A DNA stretch of 64,000 nt, taken from positions 1 through 64,000 of the IMG/VR virus record IMGVR_UViG_3300020312_000068; one strand, written 5' to 3'. This DNA is from a virus. Under the pieces are notes generated by a model that was given only the letters and a program-made list of their open reading frames with translations, ran no database searches and was not told the origin of the DNA. Each line of letters opens with the position of its first letter. The first letter of the stretch is position 1. Made by a program: the position numbers and the translations under genes. Positions 9,978 to 20,481 of the stretch are shown here, in pieces.

Positions 9978-12900
9978 ATGGCACTAACCAGATTAAAGAA
10001 TGTCTTCACATCGAAGACAGGTCGTTGCATATATGTCAACCCTGATGACTTTGATGCTTCGGATTCATTCGAGAATAGGGGTAACTCTCCTAATAGACCA
10101 TTCAAGTCTATTCAGAGGGCATTGATTGAGTCAGCTCGATTTTCTTATAGAACTGGTCAGTTTAATGATGCTTTTGAAGCATTCACGATTGTATTATATC
10201 CTTCAGACTACGTAATAGATAATCGTCCAGGTTTAAACCAAGATCCTGTACAAAAAGCATTTATAGATGACGATATACCTATATTATCTGCCTCATCTGA
10301 TTTAGATTTACAGAACGCAGACGGCACACCTAACGCAGACAACCTATTATATAAGTTTAATAGTGCTGAGGGTGGTGTAATAGTACCAAGAGGTACATCC
10401 ATTGTTGGGATGGATCTCAGAAAGACAAAGCTTAGACCATTATACATACCTGATCCTACTGCAGGTTCTATAGGACAGTGTGCTATTTTCAGAGTAACTG
10501 GTGGATGCTATTTCTGGCAATTCAGTTTCTTTGATGGTCCTTCAAGTGGTGTATATTCAGATTCCAAACAACCTACAGCATCTACTCCACCAACATATTC
10601 TCACCACAAGTTAACTTGTTTTGAATATGCTGATGGTAGAAATATATTGAGTAGTATCAATGATACTCAAGGTAATGCTCTAACAATCACTGACTTAGAC
10701 TTATACTATCAGAAGGTTGCTAAAGCATTTGATGATATCCCTGATACAACTGGTGTATTGTCTGCTGACGAATTCCAGAAGAGAGTTGAAGAGAACAGGA
10801 TCGTTGGTCCTAATACTTCTGGTCCAATTACTGTATCCAGTATTGCTACTGACTACATTAACCAAGGTGTATATACCACAACTGCTGAAGTTACGACAAC
10901 GACACCTCATGGATTCTCTAATGGTACTCCTATACAAATCGAAGGCGTGTCAGGCAATGTTGCTGACAGATTTAATGGCTCATATTTTATTACCGAAGTA
11001 CCTACGACCACCACATTCAGGTACATAATTAAAGATCCTAACTCATCTGCACCTGCTAACAACCCAGTTGCTACAGGTTCAACAGTACGAGTTGAGATTG
11101 ATAACGTAGATTCATCCTCACCATACATATTCAACTGCTCACTACGTAGTACATGGGGTACTTGTGGTATGCATGCTGATGGTAACAAATCCACAGGTTT
11201 CAAATCTATGGTTGTTGCCCAGTTCACTGGTGTCTCACTACAGAAGGATGATAATGCATTCATTAAATGGGATGGTTCTACTTACATAGCTGGTAACCAT
11301 ACCGATGGTGATAGTATATACAAACCAGCTTATAGAAACTTCCATGTTAAGTGTTCCAATGATGCTGTTATTCAAGCTGTATCAGTATTTGCTGTTGGTT
11401 TCGCTGATCACTTTGTGGCCCTCAGTGGAGGAGACCAAAGTATCACCAACTCAAACAGTAACTTTGGTAGTACGGCACTAAGAGCAAAAGGATTTAAGAA
11501 CCTACCATTCACACAAGATAAGGCTGGTAAGGTTACTCATGTTATACCACCTAAGAAACTAGCACGTACATATAATATTGTTAGTGGGTACACATTTGGT
11601 GCTGTCCTTAATAATAAGGAGATGGTGGCCACCCCTGCTAATAACAGTCATGGTATTGCTATTGGTGACTTTATTCGTGTAGATGCTATTGATGCTACTG
11701 AATCTTATCAAGTTGCTAACGTAGCCACTGATGGTAAACTGACTCTTAATAGAGGATTTAGAGGTAGTGCTAATGCTACTGCCTCATTATATAAAGGTGA
11801 CATTGATGAGATCCCTGTTGGATATATTGCTCTTGATGTACAGAAGATCAAGCACAATGCATCACAAAACAACCCAACATGGACATCAAGCACCACAGTT
11901 AGTGCCGACAGTTCATGTGTCTACAATGGTAAGGCTTATTGGACTTCTACTGGTGGTACCACTGGTAGTACAGCTCCAACTTGGGACACAGCACCGCTTG
12001 CAAGGAGTGATGGTGGAGTCACGTGGAGCTATGTTGGTGAAGTAAATACCAGACTATATCTCTATGGTTATAGTTCAGAAGCAACCAAGCCACCCTATAA
12101 ACTACAGGGTTATAACTTAGGTGCTCGTATTAATGATGTGATCTATGTTTCACTGATTAATACATCCACACCACAAATATACAAAGCAAGTATCACACCT
12201 ACTGGTGCTACTACTGTATCTGATGCTCATTTCACTAACATAACCACACAAGGATATGTACCTGGTGATCCTAATCACCCACTACAGTTTGATGACCAGT
12301 TAAGTACATGGTATATCAGAATTACTGCTGCTACATCAAATGATTCATCTACTGGTATTCATTACCACTTAGGTAACGAGAGTTTCTACGCTACATCACT
12401 ATTCACTGGTGCTTCATACATGAAGCGTATACCTGATAACAGGTCATCCAGAGATAGAACATATCGTGTAAGATATGTTGTAGACTCATCAGTCTTAGCA
12501 AGAGATCCAATCAACGGTTATATTATTCAGCCAAGGAATATAGCACTGGGTCAAAGTTATGAGAAAGTATATTATATCTACGATATTGAGAAGGTAACAC
12601 CACTTGTTAATGGTGCTCAGAATGGTATATACTATCTGACACTATTAAATGGTAAGATTGTACCTACTGATGGTAACCTTAACCAGTTTGCATTCTCTCA
12701 GAATATTAACAACCTGTATCCACAGTTAGATAAGGACAACCCAACAGAAGATCCAGCATCTGCTGTATCTGTAGCATCTAACACTACTGTTGGTTTAGTT
12801 ACTACAACTGATGGTGCACTGAATCAAGACCTCTCTAGATCTATTACTAAAGAGATTGTTGATGATTTTATAATGGAGGCAAAGAATAATTATACTAACT

Positions 12901-14498
12901 ATTCTACTGCTGATCCTGCTACTGCTAACTACATCACACTTGAAGCAAGAGATGGTGATGCAGTTGAATTAGATCTGAACCTCAGAATGATACCACTGAA
13001 TGCTACTGGTGGTACTGACCTAGAGGTAAGACGACCAAGTATTCTAAGATCTGGTAACCACACATTTGAATACGTTGGTTTCGGACCAGGTAACTACAGT
13101 ACTGGTCTACCCTCAGTACAGAACAGAGTTCTTACAGAGGATGAGGTACTATTAGCACAGTCACAGAAGGAAGAGGGTGGTATCGCATTCTACTCTGGAC
13201 TTAACAGTAATGGTGACCTATTCATTGGTAACACTAGAATCAGTTCTGTTACTGGTGAGGAGGAATCATTAGATACTCCAGTATTATCTGTTGTTGGTGA
13301 GACTGCTAACTTACGTCCTACATTTGATGAAATAATTGTTAGGGATAAGATTACCATTGAGAGTAATACTCTAACCACAGAATTTAAAGGTAAGTTCTTA
13401 GTACAAGGTGAGACAACAGTCAATGATAATATAACTTGTGCTGATATCACAGTTGGTAAGACAGGTGAATCAAGTAAGAATATTGACATCGTAGCATCTA
13501 GTCCTGGTTCAGGATCTGCTAATGATGGTGACTGGAAACTATTAGAACTACCAACTAGAGGACAATACACAGGATGGTACTGGAATGGTACTAACTGGGT
13601 TAAGCATGGTTTAACTGATACTGGTAATATTGCTATCAGTGGTGGTAGTGGTGGTAGTGATGCAACAGGTGACTTCCAGCTTAAGAATGGACTGGGTATT
13701 GATATCCAGAATGCTGGTACATTAAATGTTAACTCAGGTGCTACTACACTTGGTGGTACACTATCAGTATCGCAAGATGTTACATTATCAGGTGATATAC
13801 ATGTCAATGGTGGTGATATAACATCAAACCAGACCTCAGCAAGACTATTCAATACTGGTGTTACTGACCTAGACATAGGTGGACAGTCAACCTCAGTATC
13901 AATCGGTGCATCAACTGGTACTACAACCATTAACAATGAACTATCATTGAGTGGTGACTTCACTATTGGTGGTGGTGACCTAACAGTTGGATCAACCAAT
14001 GTTATTTCAGATAGTGGTGGTACATGTACATTAAAGGGTGTTGATGCTATTGATGCTACTACTGAGGCTACCATTGAGAGTGCCTTAGATACCCTCAACA
14101 GCTTGACATCTGCATCATCATTGAGTACAGTAGGTACTATTGGAACAGGTACTTGGCAAGCAAGTATAATTAATAGAGCATATGGTGGTACAGGTATTAA
14201 CACCTCAACCATATCTAATGGTCAGTTACTAATAGGTTCATCTAGTGGATTCGCATTATCAACCATATCTGGTGGTACAGCGATAGATATTACAAATGGT
14301 GCTAATAGCATACAGGTAATTAACACTGGTGTTACAGCATTTACTGTATCAGGTGGTCAATCTCAAATAACTAGGAACAATAGTACAGGATCAGTAACCT
14401 TAACTATAAGTAGCAACTCCAATGCTTATGGTAAGAGAACGATATCTACCTCATCTCCTAGTGGTGGTAGTGATGGAGATATATGGTATAGGTATTAA
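9978..14498 (+). CDS. Large tail fibre/structural protein (1506 aa)
   Basis: IYVNPDDFDASDS..NRGNS..RPFKSIQRALIE N-domain, RRPSILRSGNHTFEYVGFGPGNYSTGLP, C-terminal SGGSDGDIWY. Confidence 0.85.
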   Translation: MALTRLKNVFTSKTGRCIYVNPDDFDASDSFENRGNSPNRPFKSIQRALIESARFSYRTGQFNDAFEAFTIVLYPSDYVIDNRPGLNQDPVQKAFIDDDIPILSASSDLDLQNADGTPNADNLLYKFNSAEGGVIVPRGTSIVGMDLRKTKLRPLYIPDPTAGSIGQCAIFRVTGGCYFWQFSFFDGPSSGVYSDSKQPTASTPPTYSHHKLTCFEYADGRNILSSINDTQGNALTITDLDLYYQKVAKAFDDIPDTTGVLSADEFQKRVEENRIVGPNTSGPITVSSIATDYINQGVYTTTAEVTTTTPHGFSNGTPIQIEGVSGNVADRFNGSYFITEVPTTTTFRYIIKDPNSSAPANNPVATGSTVRVEIDNVDSSSPYIFNCSLRSTWGTCGMHADGNKSTGFKSMVVAQFTGVSLQKDDNAFIKWDGSTYIAGNHTDGDSIYKPAYRNFHVKCSNDAVIQAVSVFAVGFADHFVALSGGDQSITNSNSNFGSTALRAKGFKNLPFTQDKAGKVTHVIPPKKLARTYNIVSGYTFGAVLNNKEMVATPANNSHGIAIGDFIRVDAIDATESYQVANVATDGKLTLNRGFRGSANATASLYKGDIDEIPVGYIALDVQKIKHNASQNNPTWTSSTTVSADSSCVYNGKAYWTSTGGTTGSTAPTWDTAPLARSDGGVTWSYVGEVNTRLYLYGYSSEATKPPYKLQGYNLGARINDVIYVSLINTSTPQIYKASITPTGATTVSDAHFTNITTQGYVPGDPNHPLQFDDQLSTWYIRITAATSNDSSTGIHYHLGNESFYATSLFTGASYMKRIPDNRSSRDRTYRVRYVVDSSVLARDPINGYIIQPRNIALGQSYEKVYYIYDIEKVTPLVNGAQNGIYYLTLLNGKIVPTDGNLNQFAFSQNINNLYPQLDKDNPTEDPASAVSVASNTTVGLVTTTDGALNQDLSRSITKEIVDDFIMEAKNNYTNYSTADPATANYITLEARDGDAVELDLNLRMIPLNATGGTDLEVRRPSILRSGNHTFEYVGFGPGNYSTGLPSVQNRVLTEDEVLLAQSQKEEGGIAFYSGLNSNGDLFIGNTRISSVTGEEESLDTPVLSVVGETANLRPTFDEIIVRDKITIESNTLTTEFKGKFLVQGETTVNDNITCADITVGKTGESSKNIDIVASSPGSGSANDGDWKLLELPTRGQYTGWYWNGTNWVKHGLTDTGNIAISGGSGGSDATGDFQLKNGLGIDIQNAGTLNVNSGATTLGGTLSVSQDVTLSGDIHVNGGDITSNQTSARLFNTGVTDLDIGGQSTSVSIGASTGTTTINNELSLSGDFTIGGGDLTVGSTNVISDSGGTCTLKGVDAIDATTEATIESALDTLNSLTSASSLSTVGTIGTGTWQASIINRAYGGTGINTSTISNGQLLIGSSSGFALSTISGGTAIDITNGANSIQVINTGVTAFTVSGGQSQITRNNSTGSVTLTISSNSNAYGKRTISTSSPSGGSDGDIWYRY

Positions 14499-15589
14499 TG
14501 AGCATTCCATTTTCTGAGAGTGTAGCAGAGTATCTGCTAGTTGAGAATAATTCTGGATCAGGTCGTGGTATAGCCGCTCGTCCTAAGTCAGGTGGTTCTT
14601 GGCGATGGTCTGATAACCTGTCAGCTAAATCTGGTGGGTCATGGCGTACTATCAAACAGGCTTATATAAAGACCAGTGGTAGTTGGGAGACCTGGTTTGA
14701 GATGGAAAAGGTATTCACATTCTATCTGGAACTACCTTTGAATAATAATACTCGTGATGGTAGTGGTAATTTACCAGCCAACTGGGTGCATGGATATGGT
14801 CAGAATGGTAATCAGAATAATGCACAGCATTTATATTCATTTCATTTAAGAGACTGGTTACAGAGTGGTGCTTATGTATCACCAACACTAGGCAGAGCAT
14901 ATCAAAGTGGTGATATAGTTCGTGGTCACATTTATATTAATGGTCACATGGAATCTAGATCACACACTGCTCAGAATGGTGGTGGTCTTAATATTAATGG
15001 ACAGTATGGTGCATTACAGATTGATGACCAGTGTGGTAATTCAACACACACTAGGATATATGTACAGATAACTGGTAATGGTAGACTCAGTGGATATGGT
15101 GGCAACGGTGGTGCTGTAACAGGTGGTGGCGGTAATGCTGGTGATGCTATGTTCTTACGTAGACAGGCATGGATACAGAATGATGGTAAGATGTGGGCTG
15201 GCGGTGGAGGCGGTGGCTCAGGATCAAATGGTAATTGTGTAGGCACATATTATTACAACTATAACTGTGGTAAGAATTGTTATAGACAGGGAACAGGATA
15301 TAATTACAACACTGCCTATGGTGGTGGAGGTGGCGGTGGTGCCACTGCACCAGCAGGGTCAGGTGGTAAGAATGGCAACAATAGCTATGCTCAGAATGGA
15401 TCAGCTAATTCAGGTGGTTCAGGAGGCAACTTATCAGACTGTAATGCTAATGCTGGTGCCAAAGGTGGGAATCCAGGTCAAAATGGATCTAATGCGTCAT
15501 ATAATGGAGGCCAAGCAGGTCGCTATATATGGGGTAATAACTATGTTAAATCATGGATTTCAACAGGAGACCGTAGAGGGAGGACTTAA
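14498..15589 (+). CDS. Glycine-rich adhesin, T2 gp38-like organisation
   Basis: Three K(S/T)(G/S)GSW-type repeats at the N-end, polyglycine runs (WAGGGGGG, YGGGGGGGA), TAATG coupling to the fibre gene. Confidence 0.7.
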   Translation: MSIPFSESVAEYLLVENNSGSGRGIAARPKSGGSWRWSDNLSAKSGGSWRTIKQAYIKTSGSWETWFEMEKVFTFYLELPLNNNTRDGSGNLPANWVHGYGQNGNQNNAQHLYSFHLRDWLQSGAYVSPTLGRAYQSGDIVRGHIYINGHMESRSHTAQNGGGLNINGQYGALQIDDQCGNSTHTRIYVQITGNGRLSGYGGNGGAVTGGGGNAGDAMFLRRQAWIQNDGKMWAGGGGGGSGSNGNCVGTYYYNYNCGKNCYRQGTGYNYNTAYGGGGGGGATAPAGSGGKNGNNSYAQNGSANSGGSGGNLSDCNANAGAKGGNPGQNGSNASYNGGQAGRYIWGNNYVKSWISTGDRRGRT

Positions 15590-16044
15590 TGTCAGAAGTA
15601 AAGCAAGAACCTCAATTCAAAGTATATGGTGCTGATTCTGTCAAGTTCACCATTAATGAGGTTGATTCACAAGAAAAGAGAATCAAGGTTAGTATTAACT
15701 GTGATGAGTTAACTACTAATCCAGATGATATCTGGATAGATGCTCATCAACTGGACACTACTACACCATTAAGGATGCAGGTAGCAAATGAAGTATTTGC
15801 TGCGGTGCACCGTCAGAAGGTAGAAGAGTCAGATGTTAGCACACAGCTAAGTAATGCTAATTCTATCAAGAACCAAGAACAAACAGTCACTGCGACTGAG
15901 TTGGAGGTACATAAGGAGGCTGTGCATAAAGCACAAGCAAATCATTTTGATCCATTGTTGACAGACACACAGATCACAACTATATTCCATGAGGATGACT
16001 TTGATTTCCAATTTGAAAAACTTATGAAGGAATTGAATAGCTAA
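15589..16044 (+). CDS. Hypothetical protein, possible fibre chaperone
   Basis: TAATG-coupled to the adhesin gene. Confidence 0.65.
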   Translation: MSEVKQEPQFKVYGADSVKFTINEVDSQEKRIKVSINCDELTTNPDDIWIDAHQLDTTTPLRMQVANEVFAAVHRQKVEESDVSTQLSNANSIKNQEQTVTATELEVHKEAVHKAQANHFDPLLTDTQITTIFHEDDFDFQFEKLMKELNS

Positions 16045-16814
16045 TGTATGATATCAGTGAGAACAAATCATATGACATAGCAGCCTATGGGTTCGGTAAG
16101 AAGATCGAACAGCATGGGTTTGAGATATTATCATGTCTATCAGCACGTCAAGGCAAGAAGATATTTGGGAATGACCCTGACATAGTTGAGGTTGTTCCTG
16201 AGTTTGATATACTTGCTGACTGGATCAGTAAGAATCCAGGTGGTAAGGTAGAGGCTGGTGAAACATTAATCAGAAAATATGGATTACATAACGCTACTGT
16301 ACATCACAGATCTATATTATTCACATCTAAGTGGAAGTCTGATGCTCTAAGTATGCCAGACCACAGTCTGTTATATCATGCTGGATCATACTCACAATAC
16401 AAATTACCAGGTGTGGTAAGACTAACATCACAAGAAGCTGATGGTAGTAGTGTGTGTATTGGACCAAAGAATGGTGATAACTTCCAGAGATATGTACATA
16501 AGATAGATGAGAGTACAACATTCAAACCTAAGACTCTCAACAGTATAATATTACCAACAGAAGACTGTTACCTACAAGGATTTAAACTCAAGCAACACTT
16601 CGCATTCAAATGTACAGTTGATGAGTATCAGTCATTGAATGTAACTAAACCAATGTATATCATTGAGTTTACCACTAACCCTGTTAATGCTGTGGAGTGT
16701 GGTAGACAGTGGCTACAACAGTTTGAGGATGGATTGATTGAGTTTGTAGATAGAATACCAGTAGAGTATAAGGTCAAGGATATAAGTGAAGGTGGTGGAT
16801 ATGACATTATCTAA
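16044..16814 (+). CDS. Hypothetical protein, paralog of 16935-17642
   Basis: Shared H.R..LFTS..W.S, L.Y..G...KL.G..RLT, C.GP motifs. Confidence 0.75.
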   Translation: MYDISENKSYDIAAYGFGKKIEQHGFEILSCLSARQGKKIFGNDPDIVEVVPEFDILADWISKNPGGKVEAGETLIRKYGLHNATVHHRSILFTSKWKSDALSMPDHSLLYHAGSYSQYKLPGVVRLTSQEADGSSVCIGPKNGDNFQRYVHKIDESTTFKPKTLNSIILPTEDCYLQGFKLKQHFAFKCTVDEYQSLNVTKPMYIIEFTTNPVNAVECGRQWLQQFEDGLIEFVDRIPVEYKVKDISEGGGYDII

Positions 16815-16974
16815 GGATTATAGATTAAGATTACAAATCATTGCCTGTAGTGTCAGACTCAAAAGGGATGTAACCTTTGAGGATATGGTATGGGCTACTA
16901 AATTATGTAAGTCTAATAAACATGCTATGGGAATTTGGGAGAGGACTGTTGGATGTCAACTTGTGAAAGAGTAA
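16801..16974 (+). CDS. Small hypothetical protein (MTLSKDYRLRL..)
   Basis: ORF track 16786-16974; ATG at 16801 preferred. Confidence 0.6.
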   Translation: MTLSKDYRLRLQIIACSVRLKRDVTFEDMVWATKLCKSNKHAMGIWERTVGCQLVKE

Positions 16975-17642
16975 TCCAAGACTTCGGTCATGAGATTACT
17001 GTACTTTATTATAACAACGCAAAGAAAGGATTTAAGTTCATAGGTGATGACCCTGAAAGTAAGGTCATACCAGTGGATGAGGATGTACGAGAGAGGGTAT
17101 ATAATAAAATAGGCATCACTGGATATGATGATGACGTACCAGCTAGAGCATACTTAGATAAGTTTTACTTACATAATAGATGCTTGCTGTTTACTTCAGG
17201 TATATGGATGAGTGAGACTGCTGGTATACCACATGCTCTCATGTATAAACCAGGTGCTCACTGTAATTTTAAGATGGCAGGGATGACCAGACTTACAGCA
17301 CTCACAGATAATGCGAGTGCTATTTGTGTTGGTCCTGATCCTCAGGGTGATAGCTTAGGATACTATGCCCGTAAGGTCATACCCGTACAGACAGAGATAC
17401 AGTACACAGTTACTAATGACTATACGATACTTGTGCCAACTCAGAATATGTGGTACAATGGTAAAATAGTCAATGCTGGTACACCATACCGTGTTACAAA
17501 TTCAGGTAAACTTAAGTTGATAAATCCTGGATATGTGATATCATTCTGGTTAGATGACGTTGACATTGAACAGTCAGTTACAGATTACGTACAGATGTGG
17601 GTCAACAAACAAATACTAATCAAGGAACGTAATGCTAGATGA
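16935..17642 (+). CDS. Hypothetical protein, paralog of 16044-16814
   Basis: Same shared motifs as its paralog; true start may be ATG 16953. Confidence 0.75.
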   Translation: MGEDCWMSTCERVIQDFGHEITVLYYNNAKKGFKFIGDDPESKVIPVDEDVRERVYNKIGITGYDDDVPARAYLDKFYLHNRCLLFTSGIWMSETAGIPHALMYKPGAHCNFKMAGMTRLTALTDNASAICVGPDPQGDSLGYYARKVIPVQTEIQYTVTNDYTILVPTQNMWYNGKIVNAGTPYRVTNSGKLKLINPGYVISFWLDDVDIEQSVTDYVQMWVNKQILIKERNAR

Positions 17643-17899
17643 AAAAGCATCTTAGTCGTGATCAATTCGAGTGGTTACTCGACATGTTGATGGAGAAGTA
17701 TCCTGACCATGAAGTAACAGAGTGGTTTAAAAGAGCATGGTGTACTAATGATGGTGATTCAGTTATTAAGACTGGATCATATCTTGGTATGTGTATTATG
17801 CAGTATCATCTTGATGAGTTTGATGAAGAGGACGATGAGTTCTATGAACAATACTTTGGTGAAGATGATGAAGATGAAGACGATTTAGATTGGGGGTAA
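17639..17899 (+). CDS. Hypothetical protein with acidic tail
   Basis: ORF with ATGA overlap. Confidence 0.65.
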   Translation: MKKHLSRDQFEWLLDMLMEKYPDHEVTEWFKRAWCTNDGDSVIKTGSYLGMCIMQYHLDEFDEEDDEFYEQYFGEDDEDEDDLDWG

Positions 17900-17902
17900 C
17901 CT

Positions 17903-17977
17903 ATGTGGTATGTTATGTTCTGGACAGTCCTAATAATGTATTGTCTAGTTAGAATAGGAGCATTCAAAAAGAAGTGA
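17903..17977 (+). CDS. 24-aa membrane peptide (MWYVMFWTVLIMYCLVRIGAFKKK)
   Basis: Translated by hand; fills the gap and overlaps the next GTG. Confidence 0.5.
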   Translation: MWYVMFWTVLIMYCLVRIGAFKKK

Positions 17978-18135
17978 GGAGATTTATTAGAGTATGGAAG
18001 TATTCATTAGGGAGTTTTAATGACGAAACAACAAAACGATACGACAATGCGGTTGTTATTGTCCGTAGCTTCATATTTGCTACTTACCTTATCACTAATT
18101 GCTTTATTATTAGTGGTGTCATTCGGCATTGGTAG
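17974..18135 (+). CDS. Small membrane protein (..VWKYSLGSF.D..T..YDN...NCFIISGVIRHW)
   Basis: Translated by hand, GTG start; abuts the methyltransferase ATG. Confidence 0.7.
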   Translation: MRRFIRVWKYSLGSFNDETTKRYDNAVVIVRSFIFATYLITNCFIISGVIRHW

Positions 18136-19089
18136 ATGAGAGACACAATATTATATGGTGACTGTCGTGAAACTCTTGGTAATCTCAAAGCACAGATTCA
18201 AGTGGGTGTTGCTGAGAGACCAAGGATGTGTGTCACATCTCCACCTTATTATGGTTTAAGAAACTATGGTAATGAAGAGAAGCAAATAGGTCAGGAGCAG
18301 ACTCCTGAAGAATATATCCAAAACTTAGTAAACGTATTCAGGGAGGTTCGAGATGTGCTCGCAGATGATGGAACTTGTTGGCTTAATATTGGCGATAGTT
18401 ACTATAATTACAGACCTGGAAGGGGACAAGGATTGGTCAAACAGACAGTCTCAAATTCTAAGCAAGACTTACCAGATGTGTGTGCTCGTAGAGGAAATAG
18501 ACTCGACGGACTCAAAGAAAAAGATTTAATAGGTATACCATGGATGCTCGCATTCGCATTGAGAGCAGACGGATGGTATTTAAGACAGGATATAATATGG
18601 CACAAGCCTAATCCTATGCCTGAGTCAGTCAAGGATAGATGTACCAAATCACATGAGTATATCTTTCTATTAACCAAGAACCACAAGTATTATTATAACC
18701 ATGAAGCAATTAAAGAGAAGGCAGTGGGTGAACGATGGGGTGGTAACACTCCTATTAATATGGATAATACTAAGGATGTTGACAATCAGTTTAGTGGTTT
18801 AACAAGACCACGTAAGATGGTGTATGAGAAGAGGAATAGAAGATCAGTGTGGAAGGTAGCTACTAAACCATTTAAAGGAGCACACTTCGCTGTGTTCCCA
18901 CCTGAGTTGATTGAACCATGTATCAAGGCAGGATCAGAGGAGGGTGACATCGTACTCGATCCCTTTATGGGCAGTGGTACAACAGCACAAGTGGCACAGT
19001 CACTGGATAGACACTGGTTAGGATGTGAACTACATGAAGAGTACAGTAAAATAATAAACAAGCGAGTACCTGGCAAACTACCCCTTTAG
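18136..19089 (+). CDS. DNA amino-methyltransferase, beta class, probably N4-cytosine
   Basis: TSPPYY catalytic motif before the VLDPFMGSGTT SAM-binding motif. Confidence 0.92.
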   Translation: MRDTILYGDCRETLGNLKAQIQVGVAERPRMCVTSPPYYGLRNYGNEEKQIGQEQTPEEYIQNLVNVFREVRDVLADDGTCWLNIGDSYYNYRPGRGQGLVKQTVSNSKQDLPDVCARRGNRLDGLKEKDLIGIPWMLAFALRADGWYLRQDIIWHKPNPMPESVKDRCTKSHEYIFLLTKNHKYYYNHEAIKEKAVGERWGGNTPINMDNTKDVDNQFSGLTRPRKMVYEKRNRRSVWKVATKPFKGAHFAVFPPELIEPCIKAGSEEGDIVLDPFMGSGTTAQVAQSLDRHWLGCELHEEYSKIINKRVPGKLPL

Positions 19090-19147
19090 TGGACGGTTGA
19101 TAAACTGTCACACTGTTCCCCCATTTAGAATAATAAGGCTATATTAT
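19089..19147 (+). promoter_or_regulatory. Palindrome plus -10 promoter cassette
   Basis: GTGGACGG-TTGATAAA-CTGTCACAC; TATTAT at 19142. Confidence 0.75.
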
Positions 19148-19173
19148 ACTATTATACACAACGGAGGGCTACC

Positions 19174-19392
19174 TTGTTAATGTCACTACACTTCGGAAGA
19201 CACTTCTGGTTAGATGAGGAGCATGAGTTATGCTCATGTCCTACATTTACTGATGGTACACCTGATCTAGATCAAACTGATTATGTATCTGAGTGGACTG
19301 AACTAGAGGATGTTGACCTAAGTAAACTTCTTTATGTTCATCGTCAACTTATCACTCAAGACGCAGTAACCTATTATGAGGCAAGAGCATGA
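19174..19392 (+). CDS. Hypothetical early protein
   Basis: ORF behind cassette, GGAGG upstream. Confidence 0.7.
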   Translation: MLMSLHFGRHFWLDEEHELCSCPTFTDGTPDLDQTDYVSEWTELEDVDLSKLLYVHRQLITQDAVTYYEARA

Positions 19393-19592
19393 GGTACGCA
19401 TTAGCAGGACCATACTCATTGGATTTTAAACCAGTGAATCCACGCTCACGTGCTGGCAAGAACGGTAAACTCTTATTATGTCCACATTGTAAGGGTCTAT
19501 CAAGAGTATATCATTTCTCATGGTCTGCTCTATCATGCCAGACATGTGGCAAATCCATCAACAAATACGACTGGGAGGTCGGACACAAATGA
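19389..19592 (+). CDS. Zinc-ribbon protein
   Basis: CPHC...CQTC. Confidence 0.75.
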   Translation: MRYALAGPYSLDFKPVNPRSRAGKNGKLLLCPHCKGLSRVYHFSWSALSCQTCGKSINKYDWEVGHK

Positions 19593-19918
19593 AACTAACT
19601 ATTTCACCCCAAGGTCTAGTAAACAACAAGGAGTCATGGAACGATGATGTATCCACCCAACAACTCGTACGAACTGCTGTACATACTGTGCTGGAAGAGT
19701 TGGATCAAGAGGTTCTCGAAGAGTGGGAACTAGATGATGGTTCTATTGAAATAGAATCACATCACAACAACGTGATCTACAGAGGCACAGCAAATCCTAA
19801 TGCTACTAACTCTGAGTTCGATGGTTTCCCACCATACTATAACAAGGTCACTGAACCTGTTGAACTAGAGAACGTTACTGATGACTGGTATGATGAGGAG
19901 GGTAACTTAATCCCATGA
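19589..19918 (+). CDS. Acidic hypothetical protein
   Basis: ATG 19589 overlaps the previous stop, with GGAGG upstream; ORF track starts at 19520. Confidence 0.65.
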   Translation: MKLTISPQGLVNNKESWNDDVSTQQLVRTAVHTVLEELDQEVLEEWELDDGSIEIESHHNNVIYRGTANPNATNSEFDGFPPYYNKVTEPVELENVTDDWYDEEGNLIP

Positions 19919-20481
19919 AAGCAGGTAGTTTCAATGCCATCACACCACCACTAGATTCACCTAGGATGAGAGATTTCCTTAACAGGTGCCTAGGATTGAA
20001 GTGGAAGGAGGGTACAGCACATGAACATCAGGTACGTGACATACTTGATGAGATGGAGATAGTGTATGAGTACCAACCTAATGGTTCACAACAGTTCCCT
20101 GATTTCAATGTACCATCACGTTGGGGAACGATACAGTTAGAGTGTAAGAGTAGTCAGCGTGCCAATCCCACATATAATAGTGGGAGACCGCACATGGGTG
20201 GACTATACATATTCTGCTCTAAGAAATACGATCAGACTACCATATTCTATGGTGATGACGTACTCACTCTTGAGAAGAGAGCATTGTATGATGAGTACCT
20301 AGCGGAACAGAAGGCACTGTTGGAGAAGTATCAGGCACGTGCTGACTGGAAAGATGACCGTGGGTTTGACTTTTACAATAGAGAGATGTATACTCAGAGT
20401 GGTGGAGCGCAATATACTGACTACTTTACCCATAAAGATCGTAAACTATGTGAGGACAATGTATTTCGTAGTTTCAACTAA
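19915..20481 (+). CDS. PD-(D/E)XK nuclease, Type II restriction endonuclease-like
   Basis: HE...QPNGSQQFPDF...LECKSS; overlaps the downstream methyltransferase. Confidence 0.7.
   Translation: MKAGSFNAITPPLDSPRMRDFLNRCLGLKWKEGTAHEHQVRDILDEMEIVYEYQPNGSQQFPDFNVPSRWGTIQLECKSSQRANPTYNSGRPHMGGLYIFCSKKYDQTTIFYGDDVLTLEKRALYDEYLAEQKALLEKYQARADWKDDRGFDFYNREMYTQSGGAQYTDYFTHKDRKLCEDNVFRSFN

Noticed and set aside
13190-14212. 340-aa minus-strand ORF, and the many other antisense ORFs inside structural genes
   Set aside because: Shadow frames of Gly/Thr/Ser-rich + strand genes; no motifs, promoters or ribosome-binding sites
14498-15589. Diversity-generating retroelement target in the Asn/Tyr-rich adhesin
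   Set aside because: No reverse transcriptase and no near-identical template repeat seen in the window
20339-20458. Long N-terminal extension of the second methyltransferase overlapping the nuclease
   Set aside because: ATG 20459 gives a normal-length N-terminus before DPPY; the extension is an ORF-caller artefact
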